Counted from the first letter of the stretch, positions 1 through 8,077 are shown. The stretch is DNA of 64,000 nucleotides from a virus (IMGVR_UViG_3300042893_000684:1-64000); one strand, 5' to 3'. Notes: generated by a model from the sequence alone, not told the origin. Numbers and translations: made by a program.

Positions 1-70
1 GGTGGTTAGACTTCACGCCCCCGTGTTGGTATTCATAGACGATTGCGTCTAGTGTTTTTTGAGTGAGCAT
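1..70 (-). CDS. Leftward hypothetical protein, runs off the window (MLTQKTLDAIVYEYQHGGVKSNH...)
   Basis: ATG at 70-68 with strong SD AGAAAGGAG; frame open to position 1. Confidence 0.7.
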   Translation of the reverse strand, partial: MLTQKTLDAIVYEYQHGGVKSNH

Positions 71-126
71 TTGATTGCTCCTTTCTTTAGCGGATTTCTT
101 TACCGCTTGTTTTTCTTTATATATTT

Positions 127-135
127 AGTCTAGCA
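127..135 (-). promoter_or_regulatory. Leftward extended -10 promoter (TGC-TAGACT)
   Basis: TGnTAnnnT about 55 nt upstream of the leftward ATG. Confidence 0.55.
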
Positions 136-186
136 GGGGGGACTGACATTTATGCCCGTTTCTCGGGCGTGTCGGTAAAAAACTTT

Positions 187-202
187 TGTGAGTCGCATCA
201 CA
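187..202. promoter_or_regulatory. CRP/GlxR-family binding site
   Basis: Perfect TGTGA-N6-TCACA (TGTGAgtcgcaTCACA) in intergenic DNA. Confidence 0.6.
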
Positions 203-318
203 CTCACGCTCAAGGTCGGAAGCCTATGTGCTCACTATCGGGCAAATCGGACATTTTCTATAGTGTGTATCATACAAGTTAAAAATATATTAACATTTTC
301 TCAAATTTCAAAAAGCTA

Positions 319-348
319 TTGACTTTCGAAAATACGTAATGTTATACT
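319..348 (+). promoter_or_regulatory. Sigma70-type promoter TTGACT-N18-TATACT with extended TG
   Basis: Near-consensus -35 and -10 in the non-coding divergent region. Confidence 0.6.
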
Positions 349-520
349 TGGGAAGGTTTCGGGGGTTACACTAGAGAACTCAATACACCAAGTAATTCTT
401 GGGATTGGATCTTGCAACTCTCCTCTATCTTTCCAAAAAGTTAAAATTTGGGGGGTAGGGGGGGTTTGCTAAAAAATCTAATTCCCAAGTAATCAATAAA
501 AAGAATATATAATATATATA
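345..520 (+). other. Candidate replication origin or structured RNA
   Basis: Four TACTTGG(GA)-like copies in alternating orientation; long G-U-rich hairpin 398-489; G6-TA-G7 tract 450-464; AT-rich tract ~503-521. Confidence 0.4.
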
Positions 521-595
521 AGCAATATGCAATAGGCAAAAAAATATTTTATTAACATTTAGTAGGATATTAAAAGCAGTCGACTAGGATATAAC

Positions 596-751
596 ATGTC
601 ATTAAAGGTATACATTTACGATTTAGCTATTCAGGTAGCAGTCATGGCGGAAACAGAAGAAGAAGCACAAGCAAAAATGGATCAGGGACAAGCATCACAG
701 CTATCTATGGTTAAGACTCTATCTAGCACTACAGATATTATTGTTAATTAA
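596..751 (+). CDS. Small hypothetical protein (51 aa, MSLKVYIYDLAIQVAVMAETEEEAQAK...)
   Basis: Manual translation; AGGA SD; AETEEEA motif common in small phage proteins. Confidence 0.7.
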   Translation: MSLKVYIYDLAIQVAVMAETEEEAQAKMDQGQASQLSMVKTLSSTTDIIVN

Positions 752-775
752 TTTCAAGGGTGGTATAATAAAGAT

Positions 776-943
776 ATGACAAACAACGTTATTGGAACTA
801 ATTTAGGCGACTGTCCTATTTGCGAAGAAAGCAGATGGGGAGTTAAATTAAACTCAGATGGAGTTGCTGCACCTTTTTGCATCGAATGTTCTGGAGACTA
901 TGCTGCAAAGCTAGCCTGGGAACAATCTGTAAACAATATTTAA
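776..943 (+). CDS. Zn-ribbon microprotein (55 aa, CPIC...CIEC), leaderless
   Basis: Manual translation; TGGTATAAT at 761-769 directly upstream. Confidence 0.65.
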   Translation: MTNNVIGTNLGDCPICEESRWGVKLNSDGVAAPFCIECSGDYAAKLAWEQSVNNI

Positions 944-963
944 TTTAGTCAACTAGGATATAT

Positions 964-1668
964 ATGTATTCAGTTGAGACTTATAAACTTCATCCAACCA
1001 ACACTGCAATACTTTCTCCTTTGGGTTTAAAAAGAGATTGGCAGGACGAGACTAATTACGAGCATGTTTACAAATGCTTTCCATTGACTCTTGCAAATAC
1101 AATGGGTTGGGGAATAAGTTATCCAGAAGATTTATCATTTATTTGGGACGGCAGATACACAGGATCTTCAGACTCAGTAAAAATTTTAAAAGGTCAAAAC
1201 TGGTTAACAACAACTAGAGGATATGCAACAGTAAACTTTAGAACTGGGATTAAATTTAAAACTGATCCTGATGTAAGCATGTTAGGTTATCCAGTTCCAA
1301 ATCAGTTCATTGATGGATTTCAATCTTTCACTTCACTTATATCAACTTCTTTCTTTATGGGAGAATGGCAGGTTGCTGGGAGAATAACTACTCCAAACAA
1401 GATCATTACAATTAAGGCTGGAACTCCAATCTCAGCAGTAATGCCAATATCGCTAACACATCTAAATAACTCTGAGATAATTGAAAAGCCAATTGAAAAC
1501 TTAAAAACAAAAGAAATTATGAGCAATGAGTATGCTGCACTGGTTGGAATGACAAATGTAAAAGGTGGAGTTTTGAATTTTTATAGAAATGCTACAGATA
1601 TGCATGGCAATAAAATCGGAGAGCATGAGCTTAAAGCTTTAAAGCTACATTATAGAAAAGGTAAGTAA
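964..1668 (+). CDS. DUF6065-like protein
   Basis: RDW..E..H.YKCFPL..AN..GW motif and C-terminal I.AGTPI...PI motif. Confidence 0.7.
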   Translation: MYSVETYKLHPTNTAILSPLGLKRDWQDETNYEHVYKCFPLTLANTMGWGISYPEDLSFIWDGRYTGSSDSVKILKGQNWLTTTRGYATVNFRTGIKFKTDPDVSMLGYPVPNQFIDGFQSFTSLISTSFFMGEWQVAGRITTPNKIITIKAGTPISAVMPISLTHLNNSEIIEKPIENLKTKEIMSNEYAALVGMTNVKGGVLNFYRNATDMHGNKIGEHELKALKLHYRKGK

Positions 1669-1880
1669 TGTCTGTAAAACCGTGGGACTTATTCAATCCT
1701 CAAGAATCAAGAGTGTCTTTAGATGTGCTAGAAGAAAGATTACAGATATGCTCAACATGTCCACAATTTATTAAAGCTACAAAGCAATGTAAAAAGTGTG
1801 GGTGTTTTATGAACTTAAAAGCAAAATTAGAAAATGCTACTTGTCCAATAAACAAATGGCCAGAACTTGAGATCATTTAA
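1668..1880 (+). CDS. Cys-rich metal-binding protein (DUF6171-like)
   Basis: RL.ICxxC...QCKKCGCFM..K.KL..A.CP..KW; TAATG coupling on both sides. Confidence 0.7.
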   Translation: MSVKPWDLFNPQESRVSLDVLEERLQICSTCPQFIKATKQCKKCGCFMNLKAKLENATCPINKWPELEII

Positions 1881-2407
1881 TGAAAATAAATAAAATCCAC
1901 GATGGTATCTACGAGATAGAAGAATTTCTTACTCAACTAGAAGTAGATTCAATCCTTAAAACTTTAGATTCTGGAGAATGGCAAGGCTTAGATAGCGGAA
2001 GTCATTGGGAAAAAAGAATTAAAAAAATAAATCCACGACCAGAAGAACTTAATGACATATGCAAAAGAATTTCTAATCTTTTTTTATCCTATGGAGTAAT
2101 AAACAACATTCAAAGTATTCAAAGATTTGAAGTTGGTGGAAGTATGGGTGTTCATATAGATAAAATGCCATATAACAATGTGAGATATGGGATAGTCTGT
2201 TATTTAAACGATAACTACACAGGTGGAGAAGTGTATTATCCAGATTTAGGCATTGAGATAAAACCTAAACTAAGATCTCTTGTTATTCACAAAGGTGATA
2301 TCAGACATGGCGTAAAAGAAGTTTTGTCTGGATCAGATAGATATTTTTTAACTACTTTTGCCCAAGCGGATGATTCTAATGAGGTTGTTCTTAAAAGCTT
2401 TGAATAG
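1880..2407 (+). CDS. 2OG-Fe(II) oxygenase, prolyl-4-hydroxylase-like
   Basis: HID ... YLNDNYTGGE..YP ... HGV..V.SG..R facial triad and 2OG-binding Arg. Confidence 0.85.
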   Translation: MKINKIHDGIYEIEEFLTQLEVDSILKTLDSGEWQGLDSGSHWEKRIKKINPRPEELNDICKRISNLFLSYGVINNIQSIQRFEVGGSMGVHIDKMPYNNVRYGIVCYLNDNYTGGEVYYPDLGIEIKPKLRSLVIHKGDIRHGVKEVLSGSDRYFLTTFAQADDSNEVVLKSFE

Positions 2408-2524
2408 TTTTTCTGCTTTGCGTTCAAACTTGCCACCAGGACCTTCAACGTATTCGTTGCCTACAAATGTAGGGCTAAACTGTTGATGGGTAAAATGTCT
2501 TCTAGGTCCTTTTTCTGGGGTCAT
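2348..2524 (-). CDS. Small hypothetical protein (58 aa, MTPEKGPRRHF...), leaderless
   Basis: TATAAT on - strand (2536-2531) 6 nt before ATG at 2524; 3' end overlaps the oxygenase. Confidence 0.55.
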   Translation of the reverse strand: MTPEKGPRRHFTHQQFSPTFVGNEYVEGPGGKFERKAEKLFKAFKNNLIRIIRLGKSS

Positions 2525-2574
2525 AATATAATTATACACCTTATGTTATGAAAATAATGTTATATAATTGAGGT

Positions 2575-2856
2575 ATGTCTCCAGAGAAGATATCGATCAA
2601 GAAACAAAAAGAAGCTCTGGCACGTTATTTAAAAGAAGTAAAAGAAAAGAACCCATGTATGGATTGCAAGGTCTGGTACCCATACTATATGATGGATTTT
2701 GATCACGTCCGTGGACAAAAACATGCAAATGTGGCGGAGCTCATTAATACGTTATCTAAGAAACGAATCGATGAAGAAATAGCCAAATGTGAAGTAGTAT
2801 GTTCTAATTGCCACAGAGCAAGAACATATATGAGAAAAATGCGGAAGGCAGGATAA
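2575..2856 (+). CDS. HNH endonuclease
   Basis: CMDC...DFDH...EEIAKCEVVCSNCHRART. Confidence 0.8.
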   Translation: MSPEKISIKKQKEALARYLKEVKEKNPCMDCKVWYPYYMMDFDHVRGQKHANVAELINTLSKKRIDEEIAKCEVVCSNCHRARTYMRKMRKAG

Positions 2857-2967
2857 ATGAGATTTTGTAGTTATTGCGATAAGGCATCATATACATCTAA
2901 ACTATTATTAGATGGATCTATGAAGTACTATTGTTTAGAACATGCTATTAATATTACAGTTGACTAG
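2857..2967 (+). CDS. Zn-finger microprotein (36 aa, CSYC...CLEH)
   Basis: Manual translation; starts immediately after the HNH stop. Confidence 0.5.
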   Translation: MRFCSYCDKASYTSKLLLDGSMKYYCLEHAINITVD

Positions 2968-2987
2968 AATTATGGTATAATAATATT

Positions 2988-3131
2988 ATGCATGATCATG
3001 AAAATATAGTATTAACCACAGGTTCAGGAATAACTGAAATGCAACTGATGTGGATTATCATGGGAGCCATGGCCATTCACCATATTTGGATGTGGTGGAA
3101 GATGAAAAAGAAAAATTGTAATTGCAAGTGA
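2988..3131 (+). CDS. Membrane microprotein (47 aa), leaderless
   Basis: Hydrophobic segment plus basic tail KMKKKNCNCK; TGGTATAAT at 2973-2981. Confidence 0.6.
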   Translation: MHDHENIVLTTGSGITEMQLMWIIMGAMAIHHIWMWWKMKKKNCNCK

Positions 3132-3205
3132 GCTTGATACAAGCAACAGTAATATTTGGACCTATATTGGTTCTATTAATAGCATTTTGGGATGATATAA
3201 AATGA
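3128..3205 (+). CDS. Membrane microprotein (25 aa, GTG start)
   Basis: GTGA and ATGA overlaps with both neighbours; single hydrophobic helix. Confidence 0.45.
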   Translation: MSLIQATVIFGPILVLLIAFWDDIK

Positions 3206-3345
3206 AAAAGATCTATGCTTTAATTGCGTTAACTGCGACAGCAGTCTTCTCAGGTCTTGCTATGTCTAAATTTTTAAATTGGGCGGGACAGCAAGAAATC
3301 TTTGATTTTGACCTAAATGAAGATATAGATCATGAAGAGATATAA
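3202..3345 (+). CDS. Membrane microprotein (47 aa, MKKIYALIAL...)
   Basis: N-terminal hydrophobic helix, acidic tail, ATGA coupling. Confidence 0.55.
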   Translation: MKKIYALIALTATAVFSGLAMSKFLNWAGQQEIFDFDLNEDIDHEEI

Positions 3346-3415
3346 ATTACTTATATTACTTCCATTGGTCCTAATAACTACCTATGTACTGGGTATTGTA
3401 ATACAGATTAAATAG
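3332..3415 (+). CDS. Membrane microprotein (27 aa, MKRYKLLILLPL...)
   Basis: Basic N-terminus plus transmembrane helix; overlaps previous ORF. Confidence 0.4.
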   Translation: MKRYKLLILLPLVLITTYVLGIVIQIK

Positions 3416-3620
3416 CTCATCTTTTTTCTCCCGCCCTTTCTGGGGTCTTTGTATCGGAGATACCAAATATGACCCGTTAAGGGCTTAGAGGCCCCGTAGA
3501 GGCCTTATATGACATATTCTACAAATTACTGCACATGAGATATGGCTCTTCTTTCGACGGCGCACTTTTTTCGCACTTTTTGCACTATACAGGTCTAAAT
3601 AAATTTGCTATACTGTTGTA

Positions 3621-4382
3621 ATGAGTAATATTGAATTTATATCTATGATGCCAGGGCTGCAAGAGATACAGCAATGTAAGCCAAAGCCTTCAAAGCAGTT
3701 TGTGCCGCAATGGTTTAAAGATACTCCAAGTATGTTGGGCTTAAATGACATGCCGTATGGCCCAGGATCTGCTCAAGTTGGTACTATTAGCTTTCCTTCC
3801 GCATCTACTGTAAAAATTTGTCCTGCCTTCCCAGACTTCTTTTCTCAAGGCTATGTTCTTCCAATGTGGTGCGATACAGAACTTGCCTTTAATGACGAAA
3901 CACAGGAATTTTTTTGGAAGACCTCTAACGATGCATTTTCTTGGAGTATTCACACTAACAATCAGTTTTTAAAATGGGCAGATGCATCCCTGCATGGAGA
4001 CAAGGCAAAGTTTGTTTTTAAAGCCGAATGCCCTTGGAGAATAATTACTCCTAAAGGCTGGTCTGTTTTACAGCTTCCAATGTTTTATCATTATAATAAA
4101 AACTTTTCAGTTCTTCCTGGCATTATTGATACTGATATCCATCATGAAATTAATCAACAAGTTTTGTATCATGGTGGCACAGATAAAATTACAATTAGTC
4201 GAGGAGACCCTTTTGTCCATTATATTCCTTTTGAAAGAAAGTCAAAGCTAGGACTTGAGATTAGAGAATTGACTGACATAGACAGAAAACGTTTTCAGAA
4301 AAACGAAATGAATATAGCGTCAAAGTTTGTTCCAAATGGCTTGTATAGGCTATTACAAAGAGAACGAGATAAAAAGAAATAA
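3621..4382 (+). CDS. DUF6065-like/dUTPase-fold hypothetical protein, leaderless
   Basis: P.WFK...TVK.CP...D....GY..P.W.D ... PW...TP.G.S ... PG.IDTD ... I.RG.P...IPF; TGCTATACT at 3606-3614. Confidence 0.65.
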   Translation: MSNIEFISMMPGLQEIQQCKPKPSKQFVPQWFKDTPSMLGLNDMPYGPGSAQVGTISFPSASTVKICPAFPDFFSQGYVLPMWCDTELAFNDETQEFFWKTSNDAFSWSIHTNNQFLKWADASLHGDKAKFVFKAECPWRIITPKGWSVLQLPMFYHYNKNFSVLPGIIDTDIHHEINQQVLYHGGTDKITISRGDPFVHYIPFERKSKLGLEIRELTDIDRKRFQKNEMNIASKFVPNGLYRLLQRERDKKK

Positions 4383-4384
4383 AA

Positions 4385-4426
4385 AGAAAAAATCCCATTC
4401 AGAGGCGGATCCGAATGGGCTTTTCT
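4385..4426. terminator. Likely bidirectional intrinsic terminator
   Basis: CCCATTC/GAATGGG stem flanked by A and T tracts between convergent genes. Confidence 0.65.
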
Positions 4427-4488
4427 AGTATATTGCTATACATTATATAGGGAAGCATTACTGCCGTCACCTACACATCTTAATTGTA

Positions 4489-4788
4489 TTACACGTTATT
4501 TTCTAAGTCAACTGTTTTTTCAACAATTTTTTCAGCAACAGGATATTCAGTAATCCAGCCATAGGGATCCTTATTAGTTTCAGGATTATTGCCTAGATAG
4601 GTTAGGTACTCAGGCAGGTTGGTTATTTCTGCCAAAAGAACCATCAGGTCTACGCATCTAGTATGAGCTTTTTGATGAGCTGTGTGGCATTTATATTTGT
4701 CGTCTACATTAGGACAAACTTTTAATATTTCCATAAGTCGAAAAACAACCTTATGGGCAAAATCCATTTGTTCTTGACTGTAAGACAT
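4489..4788 (-). CDS. Hypothetical protein
   Basis: ORF translationally coupled within a leftward operon. Confidence 0.65.
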   Translation of the reverse strand: MSYSQEQMDFAHKVVFRLMEILKVCPNVDDKYKCHTAHQKAHTRCVDLMVLLAEITNLPEYLTYLGNNPETNKDPYGWITEYPVAEKIVEKTVDLENNV

Positions 4789-5012
4789 TATGCCTTTTCC
4801 CCTGGAGTAAATGCTGGTTCAGGTCCAAGCAGGTATCCCTCTTGGTGGTACTCGATCATTCTTGTTGCCTTTTCAGTATCAAAATGATTTGCAATAAGCG
4901 TCATCATGTCGTATATACGGTGGAGCATAATATAATTAACCATAGGCAAATTATCTTCAATAGTTCCAGCGTCTCTAATTATTGCTCCATCAGGTAGCTT
5001 TGATTCATCCAT
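4788..5012 (-). CDS. Hypothetical protein
   Basis: TAATG overlaps with neighbours; GGAGG SD. Confidence 0.7.
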   Translation of the reverse strand: MDESKLPDGAIIRDAGTIEDNLPMVNYIMLHRIYDMMTLIANHFDTEKATRMIEYHQEGYLLGPEPAFTPGEKA

Positions 5013-5134
5013 TATTTGTCTATTCCTCCATCTGTATTAGGGAAAATTACAGGCATCTTCCATTCGTATGTGTTAAATCCAGAAGACTCGTATTGAAGCT
5101 CTTCTTCCGCCGACTCACTTTTTTTGTTGTCCAT
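5012..5134 (-). CDS. Small acidic protein (40 aa, MDNKKSESAEEELQY...)
   Basis: Manual translation; fills the operon gap with TAATG coupling. Confidence 0.55.
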   Translation of the reverse strand: MDNKKSESAEEELQYESSGFNTYEWKMPVIFPNTDGGIDK

Positions 5135-5342
5135 TAATAATTCTTTCTACTAAATCTACAAGATTTTTATAGTCGACAATTCCGACTGTTTTCTTGTATG
5201 AGCAAGTTAAGCAATATAAAAATATGTTTTCTTCAACATCTTGATTGGGATAGAGAGAGCCTTGATCCATTGGGCATAAAAGCTCTGGAACAAGGCCCTC
5301 TCTTGAAAGAGAAAGGTACTTAGACACATATTGTATCTTCAT
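5115..5342 (-). CDS. Zn-ribbon-like hypothetical protein
   Basis: CPMD...CLTC; strong SD AGAAAGGAAGG. Confidence 0.7.
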   Translation of the reverse strand: MKIQYVSKYLSLSREGLVPELLCPMDQGSLYPNQDVEENIFLYCLTCSYKKTVGIVDYKNLVDLVERIINGQQKK

Positions 5343-5354
5343 GTACCTTCCTTT

Positions 5355-5915
5355 CTAATGTTTGAATTCCGCTAGGAACTCCTTGTGTCTTGTCCCATTT
5401 AGGGAAGACCATGATGACCAATCTGTGCCGCCTTTAGTCATGTAATACGTTATCTCTGCGTTTATTACTGGGTCAAACAATAAAATGTTTGACTTTAGAT
5501 CAAATTTTTCTTTACGATCAATGCCGAGTTCACCCAACATATTAATCTGAAAAATTCCGTAGGAACTGTCTCCAGTTTTCCTGTTACCATTGTAAGCCAT
5601 AGGTCTTGCGTTAGACTCTGCCTTAACAATAGCCCAAGCCGTTTTAAGGGCTTTTCCTTCAAAACCAACAGCTGATAGAAGTTCTTTTAGTTCTTCGTCT
5701 GTTAGCGTCTCAGAAGGCTTGTATACAGTAGTGCTGTACTTCTCTAAGGTTTCTTTCTTTAGTTGTACTGTTGATTTCACAGGTGTTTCTACCTGCAATG
5801 CTTGAGTTGCTGTTGGTCCTGGCTGAACCGTAAATAGAAATAATACTATTACTACTATGTACGACCAACTATTGGCAACTTCGCTCAAGCGTTGTTTTAC
5901 TTTCTCCATTGGCAT
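5355..5915 (-). CDS. Membrane-anchored or secreted lysozyme-like (SLT transglycosylase) protein
   Basis: N-terminal hydrophobic segment; AESN catalytic Glu, SYGIFQIN, LFDP..NA, W..W motifs. Confidence 0.8.
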   Translation of the reverse strand: MPMEKVKQRLSEVANSWSYIVVIVLFLFTVQPGPTATQALQVETPVKSTVQLKKETLEKYSTTVYKPSETLTDEELKELLSAVGFEGKALKTAWAIVKAESNARPMAYNGNRKTGDSSYGIFQINMLGELGIDRKEKFDLKSNILLFDPVINAEITYYMTKGGTDWSSWSSLNGTRHKEFLAEFKH

Positions 5916-5942
5916 TTCCTCCTTTAGAGATAACGAACTCTA

Positions 5943-5972
5943 AGCATAACATTAATTGCATAACCCTGTCAA
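5943..5972 (-). promoter_or_regulatory. Promoter TTGACA-N18-TATGCT for the leftward operon
   Basis: Consensus -35 and extended -10 upstream of the SLT gene. Confidence 0.65.
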
Positions 5973-6142
5973 GCCAGTCAACTAGAATAAATGTAAAGTA
6001 TAAATGTCTAGTTTAGTAATAATATTTTAAATTTAAGCATAAAAAAATATATTTTTGCTTCCCATATGAATAGTTGTTTGGTAGAATAGGATCTTCACAC
6101 TAAATTTAAATTAACCGCTAGGCGGAGAAACAGGTACTATAA

Positions 6143-8077
6143 ATGTCTAAAACTATTGCAAACCCATACGAAAATTTTATTGCGTTATCAAGATATGCAA
6201 GATGGATATCAGAAGATAATCGCCGTGAGACTTGGGGTGAAACAGTAGATAGATATTTTAACTTTATGCTCGGCCATCTAGAAAAAAATCATAATTATAT
6301 TCCAAATGAGAAGCTTGTTGCGGAATTAAAAGAGTTTGTTTTTGAAAGAAATGTAATGCCATCAATGCGTTCTGTTATGACTTCAGGAGCCGCATTGGAA
6401 AGAGATAATGTAGCTGGATATAACTGTGCTTTCTTACCAGTTGATTCCCCACGTTCATTTGATGAGACTATGTATATCCTTATGTGCGGTACAGGTGTAG
6501 GATTCTCTGTTGAGTATAAGTACATCAATAAACTTCCTGCCGTCCCAGAAACTTTAGAGAAATCAACTACAGTTATTACAGTAGAAGACTCAAAGCAGGG
6601 CTGGGCTAAAGCATACCGTGAGCTGCTAGCACTACTTTGGTCTGGACAGATTCCAGCAATTGATGTTTCTAAGGTAAGACCAGCAGGAGCAAGACTTAAG
6701 ACAATGGGTGGAAGATCTTCAGGCCCACAGCCACTTATTAACTTGTTTGATTTTACAATTGCAAAGTTTAAGAATGCTACAGGAAGAAACCTAAAGCCAA
6801 TCGAATGCCACGACATTATGTGCAAGATTGGTGAAGTAGTTGTTGTAGGAGGAGTCCGTCGCTCAGCAATGATTTCTCTTTCTAATATTAATGATATTGA
6901 AATGGCGCAGGCAAAGTCAGGTAACTGGTGGGAAGCAAGCCCACAACGTGCCTTGTCTAATAACTCTGTTGCGTATTCACGCAAGCCAGAGATGGAGCAG
7001 TTTATTGCAGAATGGAAATCGCTATATGATTCAAAATCAGGAGAACGAGGCATATACAATGTGGCCGCAGCTCAAGCCCAAGCAGCCAAGTATGGAAGAA
7101 GAGATCCAGATATACACTATGGAACTAACCCGTGTTCAGAGATTATTCTACGTCCTTACCAGTTTTGTAATCTTTCAGAAGTCGTACTACGTGAAAATGA
7201 TACAAAGAAAGATATTGAACGTAAAGTAGAACTAGCAACTATTCTTGGAACCTGGCAGTCTACTCTTACAGACTTTAAGTATCTACGTAAGATTTGGAAA
7301 GATAACACAGAAGAGGAACGCTTACTAGGAGTTTCTTTGACTGGACAGTTTGGGCATAAGTTTATGTCAGGCAAACAAGATTTGGTTGCACTAGAGTCAT
7401 TCTTGATGACCCTTAGAGAAGCGGCAAGAGCAAAGAATAAAGAAGAGGCTGGGAAAATTGGGATTCCTGAGTCTGCCGCTATTACTTGTGTAAAGCCTTC
7501 TGGAACAGTATCTCAATTGGTCGGGGTATCTTCAGGAATGCATGCTTGGCATTCTCCATACTATATTAGAACTGTTCGTGGTTCAAAGGGAGATCCAATT
7601 TCTACCTTCCTTAAAGAGGTGGGGATTCCAGTAGAAGATGATGTAATGAAGCCAAACGATACATACGTATTTTCATTTCCAGTAAAGGCACCAGAGGGTG
7701 CAATTGTCAGAAATGATCTAACAGCTATTGAGCACCTTAACATTTGGTTGGTTTACCAACGTGCATGGTGTGAGCATAAGCCATCAATTACAGTATCTGT
7801 AAAAGAAGATGAGTGGATGGAAGTTGGGGCATGGGTTTATAAGAATTTTGATGAAGTATCTGGAATTTCATTTCTACCGCATTCAGATCATTCATACAAG
7901 CAGGCGCCATACCAAGAAGTAGATAAAACAGAATATGATGCGCTTGTTGAAAGAATGCCTAAAGATATTCGTTGGGAAGATTTATCTTTTTATGAAACAG
8001 AAGACGGAACTTCTACAAATGCCACACTAGCATGTAGCTCAGATGGAAATTGCGAGCTAGTAGACATTTCTAGTTAA
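6143..8077 (+). CDS. nrdJ: Class II (adenosylcobalamin-dependent) ribonucleotide reductase
   Basis: YNC, GTGVGFS, VVGGVRRSA, GTNPCSEI, TCVKPSGTVS motifs and C-terminal Cys pair; no beta subunit nearby. Confidence 0.93.
   Translation: MSKTIANPYENFIALSRYARWISEDNRRETWGETVDRYFNFMLGHLEKNHNYIPNEKLVAELKEFVFERNVMPSMRSVMTSGAALERDNVAGYNCAFLPVDSPRSFDETMYILMCGTGVGFSVEYKYINKLPAVPETLEKSTTVITVEDSKQGWAKAYRELLALLWSGQIPAIDVSKVRPAGARLKTMGGRSSGPQPLINLFDFTIAKFKNATGRNLKPIECHDIMCKIGEVVVVGGVRRSAMISLSNINDIEMAQAKSGNWWEASPQRALSNNSVAYSRKPEMEQFIAEWKSLYDSKSGERGIYNVAAAQAQAAKYGRRDPDIHYGTNPCSEIILRPYQFCNLSEVVLRENDTKKDIERKVELATILGTWQSTLTDFKYLRKIWKDNTEEERLLGVSLTGQFGHKFMSGKQDLVALESFLMTLREAARAKNKEEAGKIGIPESAAITCVKPSGTVSQLVGVSSGMHAWHSPYYIRTVRGSKGDPISTFLKEVGIPVEDDVMKPNDTYVFSFPVKAPEGAIVRNDLTAIEHLNIWLVYQRAWCEHKPSITVSVKEDEWMEVGAWVYKNFDEVSGISFLPHSDHSYKQAPYQEVDKTEYDALVERMPKDIRWEDLSFYETEDGTSTNATLACSSDGNCELVDISS

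Noticed and set aside
5990-6142. Possible cobalamin riboswitch or NrdR box upstream of nrdJ
   Set aside because: The region is short and AT-rich; I could not identify a B12 box or a convincing NrdR palindrome.
6295-7743. Long antisense or overlapping ORFs in nrdJ; possible intein or intron in nrdJ
   Set aside because: The 644-aa NrdJ is continuous with all motifs and no insertion; the antisense frames reflect codon bias.
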